Source of the DNA: Takakia lepidozioides
Taxonomy: Eukaryota > Plantae > Bryophyta
Length of the DNA stretch: 64,000 nucleotides
Assembly: GCA_030704615.1 (NCBI GenBank)
Contig: CM060731.1
Span: 11,718,001-11,782,000, forward strand
Reading direction: 5' to 3'
Shown: positions 36,237 through 48,306 of the stretch, piece by piece
How the letters are laid out: every line of letters starts with the position of its first letter
Position numbering within the stretch: the stretch's first letter is position 1
Made by a program: the position numbers and the translations under genes
Notes under the pieces: generated by a model
Databases searched by the model: none
Told to the model about the DNA's origin: nothing
The model's input: only the letters and a program-made list of their open reading frames with translations

Positions 36237-39200
36237 ATGTCGCAAAGTACGGCACAAGAGATTGAAGATCCAGGACAGTATGTTTTTCTGGACATCAAGA
36301 AAATAGAGGCAGTCCAAGGGTTGGCTCAGATTGTAAAACAAGGATTGATCAAAGAAGACCGCTCGATCTGCATCAAACAAAAGTACCCCTGCTCTTTCCT
36401 ATTCTTCCAAACAACTCTTATGCCATATTCATTCAACCTGCGACCGAGACATCTATTAGCTTAGCTGACGATGGCTGAAAGGGAGGGTTTAATTCAGGGT
36501 TCACATAGTCTGGTTGGTCCTGTAATTGTTCGAGAAAAGTGTAGACAAATCATGTCGATTTCAAAGTCACGATTTGTTGCTACCAAATGTTTTCAGCAAT
36601 GCATTGCAGCCAATTGCAGCCAATTTCACTGTGCATTTATTATCTCTGCTCTGGTTGCCCTTTTCTTGACTGGGAACTTCACTTTTCCACGATTGTACAC
36701 AGATCTGAGTCTTACCAGATGATTGAATACTATGGGCTGTATGGTGGGTGGTTTCAGATTTGAAGACCTTCGAGGAGCCCTTCGTGCGAAGCTTCTCAGT
36801 GAAATGAAGCTCCGTGCTGAGACTGCAGAGTTGCTCAGTCAACTCAAGGTACTTACTGACTTGATCTAACAGAAGAGAATGTATAGAGGATTCTTGATCA
36901 ACTGTGAAGTACTGGTAGATTCCACATCACATGCCAAGATTCTGAAGCTCTGCTCGATCTGAAATCAATATAGGAGCCCTCCAACCTGCACTGGCTGTCC
37001 CATGGTAGAGTGATAACGTAAAGAAGAGCATCATTAGAGATGATGGAACTGTGTGTACACTGGTTCACAGAGGGAGAAAGAGGAACTGAAGAGGTTGGAG
37101 AAGGAGGGAATCAAAGAGGGGGAGGTATTGGAGATAGTCAAGGAGGATGCTGAACAGGCTGACAGTGATGCAACTCTTGCTAGGCAAATAACTCTCCCTT
37201 GTCTCCCTTCTCTAGTTTTTTTACCTGTAGCACTAGATAGCAATCCTGGCATATCTTCCATAGCTGAATACTCGGTCTATGCTGAACAGAACAAAGCTAC
37301 TGCTTCTGTGGCACAGTCATTAATCCCTGCCTTTCCTTTCGTTTACCCAAAGGGTACATAAAGCCATGCAGGACCTCCTCATTCTGAAAAATGGCTGGTT
37401 GATCACAAAAACTACATGGGAAATGTCACCCATAAACCTTCCTTCCTTCCTTCCTTCCTTTTCCCTAGCCCCACCCACCCAAAAGAAAGGGTGCCCATAA
37501 ACATTATCCTGATTTTGCATATGCTGAATCCCTGTTAGTGAGCTATTTTTAGGACATCTTCAGCTGGCTTCTTCTGCCTCTCTTCCTCGTTTTAGATGTT
37601 AGTGTCCCGATCTGCAGTTGATTGAAGCTTCCCAAGGGCCTTCTTCTCACTGTTCCCTGCATGATAGTAGCATTATGGCCAGCCTCCTTGATTTGTAGGG
37701 AGCGGGAGGAAAATTTGCTACTGGAATCTAGTGAGATGGTTCGGATACGGGATGAATACAAACAAAAGATAAAGCAGATTGAGCTCGAGCATCTCATTAA
37801 CGTCGCCCCCATCATCTCACGCCTCAAAGTGAGTTTTTCTGCCCTGTTGAATTATATACTGCCACCACATGTCACACACCTGGGTTAAGGAAGAGGGCTG
37901 AAGTACAATGCTGATATCAATGCCAGCAAATGGATGGTCTTCAGCTGTATGGAAGCACTATGGCAGTTTCGGGCTAAGTTGCCTTCCTCTAGTGGGTCAA
38001 ACCTCACAAACAGCATTAAATTTCTGTTTTGTAAGAGGTTTGGCTAATTACCATCAGGACTATATGATCAATGTGCCCGTCTAGCCACTGGATGGGAAGT
38101 ACTGATTGTCATTGGTGCCATATGCAGCAAGAAATTAAGAGCACAGGGGAAGAGAAAATGGAGGATACTCTGAAGATAGAGCATTGTACCATGGAGGTGC
38201 GCTCACTCATGTAAATTTTTGGGCAACCCAACTCTCTTATCTTCAAACATATAGTACGAGCTTTACCAGGTTGAATTGCAGAGATGACTCTTCTAGCTTG
38301 CACCTTATTCCACATCACCTTTTATTTATCAGTCACCATTTTCACTAAGCAACCCGACACCCTCACAATTATTTTATTGTAGATTTTTCAAGTGAAAGTA
38401 GGGGTACGGCTTTGATGGGGACTCGGATATCTGTTGTAAAGATGCAACTGGCCTGAAAATCATGTTTTAACCTAGTACAGTGCAGATTCTTGATGATTTG
38501 GTTCATTTACCATCTGTTTCTTTCATAAAAATCCTTCCCAGGCCCACATGAAGCACTGCTATTGAAAAGCCAAAGAGCATTACATGTGCAGATTGAGGAC
38601 AGAAAGGCAAGCCATGCACGGTGCTTGCATGACATTCACACACTGCAAGAGGAAAAGAGTATTCCAATTGCCAACATGGCACAGCTCGAAGGAATCCCTG
38701 AAAAGCACTGCAAGCAGGTACAGTAGTTTCTGATCTGTGTGTGTGAGCCACCCCTGTTAATTTGACAATTTAACATCTGCCACAATGGATCATCCTCCAC
38801 AAACTGACAATGGCACTGCAAATAAATTGCAGGGTGATATTATGCTGAATGTTGTGAAAGGCCTTCGGGTGCAAGTGGAAAAGTGGGGAACCAAGGTAAT
38901 ACCTCTTTAGTTATTGATTACTGTTGCATCTGCATGGACCGTCCATCAAGTTTCTGTTTCTTCCATACTTCTGGACTTCCATACTTCTGGAATCTCAGAA
39001 TGTGCTCAGGTGAAAGATGTTGTGATCGTTAGAGGCCATATTCATTGAGCCTACCACTTTTTGACTGTCTGGATAGCTAATTTTTGCTTTGAGTGCCCAA
39101 GGTCAGAGAACCTTGAGGGCACGAGATTCAAATGAACTCGATCCAAGCTGCCGATAATCGAGATGAGAGATGAAGATGTTGTGATCGTTAGAGGCCATAT

Positions 39201-42200
39201 ATTCATTGAGCCTACCACTTTTTAACTGTCTGGATAGCTAATTTTTGCTTTGAGTGCCCAAGGTCAGAGAACTTGAGGCAGAGATTCAAAGCTTCCATGC
39301 CACGATGAAAGCAAGGAGTGAAAGCTTGTCAACGGTGGCATGAACCTCGATAAAATTCGACTTCAAGCTGAGGAGCAGGTACGATATCTGAGAACTCCGA
39401 TGAACTAGGTAGATGTGCATTGTTTGGAAATCTGATTCTTGGAAGCACTTGTTAAGTCATGTTAAATTTAACCTGCATACACCAATGCACAAAAAAAAAA
39501 AAAGCATGCTTGTTGTGGAAGGTGTACACATATTAGCTCTCAAGAGTTGTATCTTGATGGAACTGTCTATTAGTTTGGTAATATATCGATGCTGGGGGTG
39601 TTAGGATTGTGAGGAGGCCAGAGGGAAGTGCTTCAAATTGATCCAAGTTATGTAATTCCAGCTGATGGCAAATGCACCTGGCCGCTCAATTCCCACAATA
39701 TTCATTTTTATTGTTCACTGCATTGTTCCTTACTCTCATATATGGATTCAAAGGTGGCCCTCTTACAGCTCTTGTGGTATGAGTTCTTGTTTGTACTAAA
39801 TATGGTTTGTTTCTGTGGTTGTACAGGAGTGTGCTGCAGGGGATATGAAGAAGGAGTTGGATGCTGCGATCCTTCAAGTTGAAGAAGGTCTTGGGGAACA
39901 GGTGCTGGTCTTTGCTGCCTCCAATGACTGGATCGAGACCTTAGCAGCACATCTGGTCACTGGTATCTAGGTAGAATCATAGGGGGCATCTCTTAACACA
40001 ATGTTCCAGGTTCTGGAGTCAAGTCTATCCAGTCTAGTGGTCAGAACAATCTGGCCTGAACACAGTTCTTTGTATGATATGTCTCACCCCATTTGTATGA
40101 CCCAACCCCCTCTGTCCATATAGCTCACTACAATTGTGAGCATGTAAGGAGATCTCCAGTCTGGGCATCCTGATCAATTTATTTGTATACTTGACAAAAA
40201 CGGTGCTCTTATCTTTGTATTGGAAAGTCAACTCTAATAGGATGTGAGGTTGTCATATAAAGACTGTTTCATAGAGGTGACTTTCACCTTGCTTTCATAG
40301 ATATGTAATGGGCTATGGAGGAACATGCCTCTGGATATGGATAATGTAGGTTCTTAACACATTTTCTCATTCGCAATTTCATCATTCAATTATTGATTCC
40401 TGCAGACTGTCATCTCGCCTAATTTTATTGTTTTTTTCAAGGAGCTTTGAAGTGATTCCCTTTATTGTACTCTTCCAGTTCTGATAGGTGTATCTAGTAG
40501 TCTCAAAAAGCATCTCTCTGAATTGTCCAGATTTTGTATTTTCACAGCCAAAAATTTGGTCAGATGAACCGACTTGAAGCTTGAGTAAGTAGGAGTGAAT
40601 AAATGAATTAACTTTCAACATTTCCAGCCCTTGCTCAAGTTTGGTTCTTGGCAATCACTTGACAGCTGGACTGGGATGGAATAAACCAGTGCATTTGGAA
40701 TTGCAACTCATGGCTGCAGCAATAGATCTCAAGCATGAGAACGGGATATTGGCCAGTCGTTTGCAAGAGAGAGATTGGGCTATATTGCGATTGAAAGACA
40801 AAGAGCTTGCTCTGGCAAATGTGGAGGCCCAAATACCTACACTCATCCAAGAGAAAGAGAAAGCCCACCATCAGGTGTGTTTTCAACACTTCACAAAGGA
40901 ACTGCAAGGAAATGGGATCAGCTTGCCACTACCCCAGGGAATAGCAGCTTCTTTCTCGAGATAAATGACATCTTCTAATCTTCTGGTATACAGATGAAAA
41001 TAAAAAAGATGTTTCTAATGTCCATGACCCGTAAGCCAGACTGCTGCACAAAAAAAATTTAGAGAGAAAAAGGAAGTAACACGATTATGTCTGCATCAAC
41101 AGCCTTGAACAAAGTTGACCATGTATGATTGTAACTGCACGACAGATGGTGCTTGCTGAAACTGAGAGGAAGAAAGTTACAAACGTTGTCGAAGATCTCC
41201 GGAAGGACATTGACATAAGCATGAATAGCTTTCTGGTGGTGGACTTCCTAGGAAAGGATGTGGCTGCCAAGTTAAAAGAATCCAACTCAATGGTATGTAA
41301 TTATCAAACCGCGACCAGACTTAAGATTACACAACACAGATATAACTGACACTGCACTTGCAGGGTTGTTGGACATGTCCTTGCTGATTACTACCTTTGA
41401 TTCTGGAGCTATTTTCTAAGTGATCATCCGAGGATCCTTTTCTGAAAGGAGGAGCAAGCAATACTAGCACATACTAGCACTTTTGCCTCAAGGATGTCTA
41501 AAACTGACTTTGCAGACATTAGGTCCTCTCTTTATTGATTTATGTCCTATAATACAATTTGACCGGGATTCCAGTTCTTCTTTCCCCAGTACCTGAAGTC
41601 TGATGTGATTCTACATTTCAAGGGGAGGAGGGCAGGTAGCAAGGCTGGAGAAAGAAGTCCCTGTGTACATTGATGTGGAGCGTAAGCAACAGCAGCATAT
41701 TGTACAGTTCACCAACCTGCGCGAGCGTTTATCCCATGTTGTTACTCTCAAAGTATAGATCGCTCCACATCACTATATTCTAATTGGAGACAAGCTTTAA
41801 AAAAGGAAAAAATCCCTGGGATTTAGTTTCACCATGTCCATTGTTTACCAACTCCTTGTTGTGTCCCATTCCTTAAAGAATGTAACATAAGCCGTAGCCT
41901 TGTGGCCATAGACCCCATCACCAGTTTGGGCGGAACTAAAGGGATTAGACACTAGTTTTGTGAGGGGCTCACCCCTTTAGTGGGACTTACCTTGGTATAG
42001 ACAATTAGTTCAGGCTTTTCCAGATATCCTCCAGAAAGCCCTTCACACAAGCATCAACCTGATGTGTGTGAGCTACCCAGCAATTAGACCCCATCAGGGC
42101 CATGGCTTTAGGCTCAACCTCAAGAATTTGAAAGTTGGTGAACAGAGCTGCAGGGACAATGTTCTAGTTCCTGAAGAGGGTCACTTTTCTGGTGAGAATA

Positions 42201-45200
42201 TCGGGGACAATGTATCAGAAAATGGATATTGTCCCCCAAAAACAACTCTCCAACATCCAGAGATTGTCTAAAAGGTGGATAGCCTCATTTAGATATATTG
42301 ACAGGCACTTCTGGTCCTCGTAGTGAAATGGAAATGGAAATGGTGCTTTATAATGTCCGCGGAAAGCTCGTAGAGCTTATGGGACAAAATGGAAGAAAAC
42401 ATGAGAGAGGAACAAATCCAGAAACCACAAAAGTAGTGAAAGAAAGAGAGAAACATATTATGTTTGAGGCAGGCCCAAAGGGCCAAGGGACATGAACAGA
42501 ACAAGGCCACATAAACACAACTGAGAAGAGAGAGGGACAAAGGACACTTTCCCTCTTGATTTGTGACGGCTTCACCATGACTTATATTATACAGCCACTT
42601 ATGGAGGATGGGACAGCCCAGTGGGATTCGAAGGTACCACGTTCTGACCTCAAAAGAACTGAAGCTTTATAACAATTGTGTGTGATAACAGAATGCAATG
42701 TGGGCAGAAGCCAAGGAGAAACTAGGTCTGCAGGACAATTTTCTGAAAAATTGTGAGAAGAGAGAAGGGGAGCTCAAACCGAGGCATAAGGAGTTCAAAG
42801 TGCTTTATGACTTTGTCTGCAAGCAGCGGAACAGATACATGAAACTTGTTCAGGTTGTTTGCAGTGCTTGCCACCCCTCTACCCGTCAAGTTTCTCTCTT
42901 TCTGCACTTGGATGGTTGCATGTCAGCTTTATAATGATTCTGACAATATCTGTTCAGCTTCAGCCCATCTGAAGTAAGCCTACTCTGGGATGTTGTGGGA
43001 GACAGACCAGCAGAGTGGTCATCGATGAAATGAAAGACAAGGTTCAGCTGTTAAGTCAGGAAGTGGAGAAGCTCCAAGAAGCAGTTCTATACAAGGGCAT
43101 GCTAGTTAGCAAGATGCATGCGGCGCATCAAGCAAGCATAAAAGGCCGCTCTCAACTGCGTGACGAAATCACCAAATGCGCCCAGGTTTTGAAGGAGAAA
43201 AAGGTTCATTTGTTATTTTCAACCTTACCATGTGTTGCAAACCCATGAGGTTTTATTTTGTTTTGGCTACATTTAATCTTACCCATACATTTGTCCTAGG
43301 TATTGTTAACCTGCCAGCAGCACACTTGAGCAAATTATAGGCAAGTTTTGTTTATTTACTATAAAGACTCTGGGAGTTACGACTCACTAACCCCTCTCCT
43401 TCAAAAGCCACGAGAGCCCTGCGCCTGCCTAGGCTACAACATTGCATTATTTGTGTGCTGTGCCTTGTAACGTGCGAGCTTTTATCCAATTGAGCTACCC
43501 ACTAGTGGTTGTGTTTTGTGTGACCAATCTAGCTTGGAATAAGTAATCTTCTGTGAATGGGCTTTGAGCTTGGAATGAGAGTGTATGTGAGCCCGAGAGG
43601 AATTGTGTCTGTCAGTTGGTAGCTACAGAAGTGATTTGATGGCCTTAGACAGTGCCGTGGGATGTACACTGTGTGACAGTTTATTTCGGATGAGCAAGCA
43701 GTGGAAGAGGTAAGACTGGAGATCATTCTAAGCAGGGCAGAGAAGGATATGGTGAAGGCACGCAAACACTATGGTCTAGCTGTGAAAGATCGCAACCAGA
43801 TTGGAATCTCACTTATTGATCGCAACGATGAGCTATGCATTTTCTATGAAATGCAGGTGGAGCTTCTAAAAGCCTCAGAGGTGGAACTTGTCAAGCGTAA
43901 TGATGAGATTTCCTGCCTGAGAATTTTGTGCACACGAACACATGATTCAATCAAAGCTGTTCATAGGAGCACCCCAGACCCTACTTCAGTTTATGCAGAG
44001 TTTGTCAGCCTCAAGAAGCAGGTGGGTTCTGTTCCACTCTGACCAGATGTACTGTAATTTGAAAACCATCTCAAAGTTTGGCAAGACAAGAGAATCCCTA
44101 TGGACCCTATGTCAGAAATTCCAGAAGACATTTACAGCTTGATACTCTCCTGGTATGAGCAGCTTATCAAAGAAGCAAAAACCAAACCAGAACGATGAGC
44201 AAGCCCAAGAAGGAAGGGTTTCAGGTTCAACTTCAGCAGTTAGCTATATCTAACTAAGTGTAGAAACTAGGACCAAACTCCTAAACAGCGGAGGCTACAA
44301 ACAAGGACATGGTATTGCTAGAATCTGAGATGGGACATCTACACAACTCTTGGGGGGGTGAAAGGTAGCGAAAGCCAAATGGCATGTTAACCGGCTATCA
44401 GAACTGATGGAGAGCCCTGGAAAAATAGCCCACTGGCGGCTGCTGCCCGGTAAAGATCCAAGCACCTTCCAGCTGACCAGAAAAGCATCTGCCATTCAAG
44501 AGATCCTCTCAGCCAAGGAAGATCAAGCCTTCGAGAAAGATGTCATTCTTGAAGAGGTGGAGCTCTTTTCTTTTTTGTTTGATGACGACTGAACACTGTA
44601 TTCAATTCATCCATGTAAAGAATGCTTGTAATGTCATGAGTACATTATCTGAACACTAAAGAACAAGAGGTGTGTCTAAATCTGAGAGGTTTTTCACGCT
44701 TTCCTTCACGGAGAGTGATGGCCCTTCGACCATGCCCTAAGAATGTAATCTTAAGACTTTGCTTTCCGTAGCCTTGTGGCTGACCATGCCCTAAGAGAAA
44801 AATCAAGAGAGAGAAATCAAGGGAAGTTTCAATGAGATGTTGACAAGAGCAATTTACAAGTGGATTCTGACAAGTTATGCAATTTAATCTTACTAGTATG
44901 TATTTCATGTAACTGGATGGGTTATCCTGCCTTCAGGTGTTGGTGCTAACAGATTATGTGCGTCAGAAAGCTGCCCAAGGACAAGGACAGGGCATTGTGT
45001 TGGGCCACCATGTGAACAAAAAACTGTGTCATATTCGCAGTGTCACCCGACAGATGACTGCCACTGTGTCAGAGCTATCCCTCACCCAGGTGTATCCCTT
45101 CACCTCAGGGTCAGTTTGATTCTGTTGTTTAAGACTACTGTATGCACAATACCTATGACCAATTATTTTTTCTTGGATATTGTGAAGCATAAGTTCACAA

Positions 45201-47147
45201 TGGCCACCTTGTCTAATCAGTTGCTCTGCAAGGCCTGCTCTCCTAACATTCAAAACATTCACAGATTGATGAAAGGTGCATGAGTTCAAATCTATAAGTG
45301 CTGGAGTGTCATCAAATTGGATATATAGTGGTCTTGAGAAGATAACCTAATCAGTGGTGCTGAGGGTTGAATGACTGGAAACATAATCGAAACAATGATA
45401 CTACCTGATCATCTTGGTGTGCTGATGCAATCATTATTCCTCACTAATGTTAAGGACTTTTGACGATAATTTCAGACACTATCCATACAATGCATGCACC
45501 ATCCCCAGATATCAAGTTGCTGACTAGAGGTACCCACTCAAGGTGCTGATTAGAGGTACCCACTCAAGGTGCCTACAAGGCAATTCTGACACTTCCAGTT
45601 GTGTCAACCCCTGCACATGATCGGGGTTCCCTTCCCCCTTTCCATTTGTCAGGTTGCTTTGTGGAGACCAAAAGAAGATATCCCGACACTGTGTAGTTGA
45701 TTTCACACGGCCCACACTTAAAACACTAGAATGTGGGCCCCTGAGTAGTTTCAGTCAGATTATACGAAAGCTCACATTCTCAAGACCCGAAGTGTTGGAA
45801 ACTGACAGGCAATAGCCATGAGTCTAAAGAGAGAGAAGGAAGCTGCTAAGGTACAACTTGACCAAGCCTACATACGCCTTGAGGCTGGAGAGGTACCTCC
45901 TTCCCTCAGCACTAAATTCTGGCTCCCCCTAGTCATCTTGTTCTCTCTGCTAGTCTCAAATCACGCATCCTAACTCTTGTCTCTCATTACAGCTCCATTT
46001 TCTCATTATTCTACAGCAAACAAAACCTTAAGAGTACATTCTATTTCTCGTTATCAAGTTTCTTCCTCTTTCTTTGTTTCTCGACAGTGCATGGTATAGT
46101 CTTCTTAGACACAGACGGATGCCTCCCAGCTCGTACATGTTGTGTTCCATTCTATGAGATAAGAATTACCAAACAAGGATTTCATGTACTAGTGGCTCTC
46201 ATTGAGGCCCTTCGAGCCATGTAATAGTTAGATAAGAGTTTCACATTTCCCAATTTGTGAATAGTGGGAGTTCAAACATTCCACCTGCATTTACAAGACC
46301 TTATTGTCCATCCAGCTGGTCCCAGACATTACACAGTGTATGCACTCCAACAAAATCAGAGTATAAAGTATACACCTATATTAGTGAAGAAGTCAGTCCT
46401 GAGAACAGGGTTGCTGACTCTTTAGCTCTCTTGATCTCAACAGGCCCCAACAGATGACGCGGAAGGACATTGGAAACGACTCGAAAGAGAGGCTGCAGTA
46501 CTTCGCAAAATGGAAGCTTCCCGCCAGGTTTTACAGCAGAAAATAAAGAAAGACAGAGATGCTCAACACTGTTCAAGAAGGCCCCAGTACTATTCCAGCT
46601 CTCTCGCATGATTTTGTGTCTGATTCTCCTCTTCCGGTCACATATAAACAAAAAGGAGGAATACAATGCTGATTGTATACACATAAGGGACACCTAACCA
46701 TCATTACAACAAGGCTAATATTCACTGAAGAGAAGTAAATGTTCAGTCTGTTTTTGAGCTCTCAAGAAAAGTTCTAGTAGTGGCACCCCAATTGCTGGAG
46801 AGTCTTAAAATCTTGTTTTTCTCTGAAGGTAAGGAAGCAGCAAAAGGCCCCAGGCTCTCTCCTTTGCTACCTAATTTCAGATACAGCTTTCTGGACAAAT
46901 ATTGTTCTTTGTTTGGTCAGTATTCAATTCATGGAGGTCTTCAAGTTTTCTGAGATTGTCACCTTCCGCATGCCCTGAATTGTGCAGCTCTGCACCAATA
47001 ACGACAGCAGAACGCAGACCAAATGCCTATCGTGGGGAGCAATATCTCGGACTACCGAGGGCTTTTGGTGCCCAATCTCCCTTCAGACCTTCACTGCGAG
47101 GAACAACGATTCGGCACATTCGAAGACCACAGCCACGGGCCGATTGA
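36237..47147 (+). CDS. CCDC146: Axonemal coiled-coil protein CCDC146/MBO2, multi-exon (internal exon boundaries only partly resolved)
   Basis: Coiled-coil exons; QRNRYMKLVQ, DRNQIGISLIDRNDELCIFYEM, HWRLLPGKDP, RQMTATVSELSL, C-terminal TTAERRPNAY...LGLPRAFGAQSPFRPS..GTTIRHIRRP. Confidence 0.85.
39014..39290 (+). repeat. Tandem duplication of an intron 3' end and exon start within CCDC146
   Basis: 39014-39132 versus 39173-39290 near-identical; first copy has frameshifting indels. Confidence 0.85.
41891..42136 (-). mobile_element. 5'-truncated LINE 3' end in a CCDC146 intron (same family as 5770-6014)
   Basis: Shares GCCGTAGCCTTGTGGCCA...TTCCAGATATCCTC..CCCTTCACACAAGCATCAA..TGATGTGTGTG; minus strand encodes [18 protein letters not shown]. 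Confidence 0.7.
45519..45572. repeat. 26-bp tandem duplication (intronic)
   Basis: GCTGA(C/T)TAGAGGTACCCACTCAAGGT x2. Confidence 0.85.
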
Positions 47148-48306
47148 AATTTGACCTCAACGTGTTAAACTGTGTTTTGTCTCCGTGAATGGGTGGCACT
47201 TCTTTGATCCCTGTAAAGTCTTTTGCTTGGACATAATGGTTTCCAGCCTTCCTGGCTTGTGTGTATGGTGGTTTCGAGTAACAATCACTTGCTTTCAAAC
47301 AAAAGGTCGACAAAGATGTGTGTTGTTGTTTCAGGAAATTCAACATTGTTGAAATCTCTCTATACACTTGTGTTTTATAAATGTCGACATGCCCACAGGT
47401 GTCTTGACAAGGAGCCATTCCATGCATATGTATACCACTGTTGGGTAAGTATCTAGTTTCATCCAGCTGTTTGAGCCTGGTATGCTTGATGAGGTCCACT
47501 CGATACACGATAGGTGATAGATATATGTAACAGGGCTTTGCTGGACACCTTGCAAGCGACATTGTAGAAATACCAACATCGGAGATACTCACCCAATGGG
47601 TCCCTGACTCATTTATCGAAGCAAATTTCACTCATAGACGAACAACCTTGACTGTTTGTTCCAGTAGCAGCTTATTGGAATCCTTGTGCAATACTTGTGG
47701 TGATGTTAGCAAGAACTCGCGAGTTCTGATCAGTCACTATACATTTGAACTAACAAAGTCTTGGAAACAGGATAGAGAACTCCATAGAATTGTCATGTAG
47801 CAATTCACTCACTAATCTACCACACATCGTATGAAATCTACTGACAAAACTTGCCAACTTTTGAAGTATGGCTTCAAATTGATTGCACTTCTAATCATAT
47901 ATGGACTAGTTTCATAGATCACAGGAGAGGACACACCAGGCAAATAATCTAATGTGCGCAAAAGAAACTTGGATTGGCTTACTTTATGAGAGAAACAAGA
48001 CAGCCACACTTTGAGAGAGAGAGAGAGAGAGGTGATACTTAAGCCGAGAGAGAATGTGAGGACACGACAAACTTCAAACTTACTGCAAAGCAGAGAGATC
48101 AAGAGACAAGACAATTGATTATTGTAGAGTGGGTAAGTATTGTGGGTGGTCAACTTTCATCTGCCATCCTTCCGCTTTCAAAAGTGGCTAGGGAGAAAGA
48201 TAAGAGGAACAGTGATAGTTTGGCAGAGAAGAGCTCAATTCTGTGTCCAAGGAAGGAGAAAGACAGAGTTCCGAGGAGAGAGAGAGAGAGTGTGTGAGGA
48301 AAGGCC

